A stretch of 63,690 bases of DNA, filler included, from Rhabdomonas costata (lineage: Eukaryota), in assembly GCA_019059605.1 (NCBI GenBank). It is 41 parts of 41 records of this genome, joined end to end, with 100 filler letters (N's around TTAATTAATTAA, not from the genome) between each part and the next. Parts side by side here need not be neighbours in the genome. Positions count along the whole stretch, not along the records: positions 62,237 to 63,690 come from JAHMHO010015538.1; 40 more parts are not named here. One strand, 5' to 3'. The notes under the pieces were generated by a model that searched no databases, had not been told where the DNA came from, and was given only the letters and a program-made list of their open reading frames with translations. Below are positions 62,237-63,690 of the stretch, in pieces. Both the position numbers and the translations under genes were made by a program. How positions within the stretch are numbered: the first letter of the stretch is position 1; the number at the start of each line of letters is the position of its first letter.

Positions 62237-63592
62237 GGGGTGGGGGGCGAAAGCACATCCTTGTGCTCGAACAGCAGCTCGTAAACGGTGACCACCTCGG
62301 CTTTGCCGGGAACGATTACCCGGCCCAGCTTCCGGAACAGAAGCCCGGCCGGCGCCCGGTCGACGATACTCTCCGAGACCATCACAGCGGTCCCAAAGGC
62401 CTATGTGCACAAGCGGGGGAACGACCTTCCTCTTCTTTTTTCATGAGTTACGTCCACACGCTCCTGGTTTCTGATGGAAAGAAGGAGGGGGGCTCGATGA
62501 GCCTACCCCTCCCCAGCTCACACTTACCCATTCGTGCGCATTGACCTAATTTTCATTATGTTGCTATCGCGAACCTCATTGACAACTACACAAATCTCTC
62601 AGCTTCCAGAAAATAAAGAATGAAAGTGGGAGGGGTTCAGAAAAGGATGCAAAGCCACCCGAAGAGGCACGTCCCATCCCATACGCCGAACCGAATTATT
62701 GATTCCAAGCGGTATTTTCCGATTCCTCGAGGATATTGCATCGAGGATATGGAATAACAAAAAATCAAAAGTGTGAAGGGTGCACTCCCGCCCAACCTTG
62801 TTCGAGGCCTCCAACCGGCTGGCCAGGTTCACTCCATCACCTGGGCAGAAAGTGAGCAAGACTAACCTAAACCTCATCACAATCTCCTCAGGTCAGCAAA
62901 TACCAGGAGTCATCTGGGTGGAAGTGGGGGAAGTACACACTTGGGCACCCCTTGCGATGAACATATGGCCCTTGGGAAACACTGCTCCCGAATCTCAACT
63001 GGAATCCGTCCTCCCTTCTCTGCAGGTCAATGGCAGCGGAAACGGCTAAGAGCTGAGGGTGTGGCACGCCCCAGAGCATTCTTTCAGCCTGGTGTCGTGA
63101 GAAGCCCGATGGCAAACCTTTGGGTCATTTGCAACAGCAGAATGGTGGTGCTCGAGCAAATCATCATGCTTGTCACCAGGGGTCGGCTAGTCACCAGATA
63201 CCGCAATAAGTACACTCCCGGGTTCGGCCTACTGCTTGCTGCTAACCTTCAGCTTCAGAGGATCCTTGGGTAGAGAATAAGCTTCACCCCCTGACACACG
63301 CGCCCAACACAAGCGGGACAATTGCATTCTTTTCTGGTGGTGGTGGTGGTGAACGTTGGGACGAGTTTGCGACCAATTGAGACCTTGTCTTACATCAGGT
63401 CGAGACAACATGAAGATACACATGTCCCGTTTCTGTTGTGCAAACAACCGTGACGAAGAGCTGGAGACATTGAGCAAAGACGAGAGAGAGAGGTACACAC
63501 ACAAACACATACCCAGGGCGGTGTAGTTGATGCGGTAGTCGCAGCCGTAGTTCCCCACCAGAACCCGGGCTGTGTTTATCCCACTGCGGAAT
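62237..63592 (-). CDS. Class III adenylate/guanylate cyclase catalytic domain, three exons
   Basis: Exons 63592-63513, 62840-62797 and 62400-contig end are GT-AG and in phase: FRSGINTARVLVGNYGCDYRINYTALGDGVNLASRLEASNKAFGTAVMVSE...GRVIVPGKAEVVTVYELL. Confidence 0.93.
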
Positions 63593-63690
63593 CTGAAATC
63601 AACAAAGGTAAGAGCATTTGAGAGCACCGTTCTGCTGCTCCCCAAATGTCAATTAATGTTAATGTCAACGTCCTCAATACCCCGGAACTT

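Overview
This window is not a continuous locus. It is 41 unrelated contigs of about 1.45 kb, roughly sorted by size and joined by 40 artificial 100-nt spacers (N44-TTAATTAATTAA-N44), so no synteny can be read across spacers. Most contigs start with G/T-only and end with C/A-only sequence, and many carry fold-back or direct-repeat chimeras at their ends, which points to whole-genome-amplified material. The DNA is eukaryotic nuclear and intron-rich (GT-AG, plus at least one GC-AG), with many microsatellites. An exon matching the Euglena-type complex III core protein 2, a DLHCGQIQG PRPP synthetase exon and several bacterial-type class III cyclases suggest a euglenid (inference). Gene fragments reconstructed by eye include phospholipase D, a GH51 arabinofuranosidase, two fucosyltransferase-like genes, three cyclase-family genes, an F-box/LRR gene, a PPR gene, two kelch genes, an Ig-like repeat gene and a PstS-domain receptor. 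The most interesting observations are: an intronless protein made of exact 39-aa helical repeats (OPR/HPR/SKWP-like, candidate modular RNA binder); an in-frame TAA at a conserved Tyr position inside an otherwise intact receptor gene; and an unannotated interspersed repeat found in three independent contigs. All calls come from manual translation and motif recall; no searches were run.
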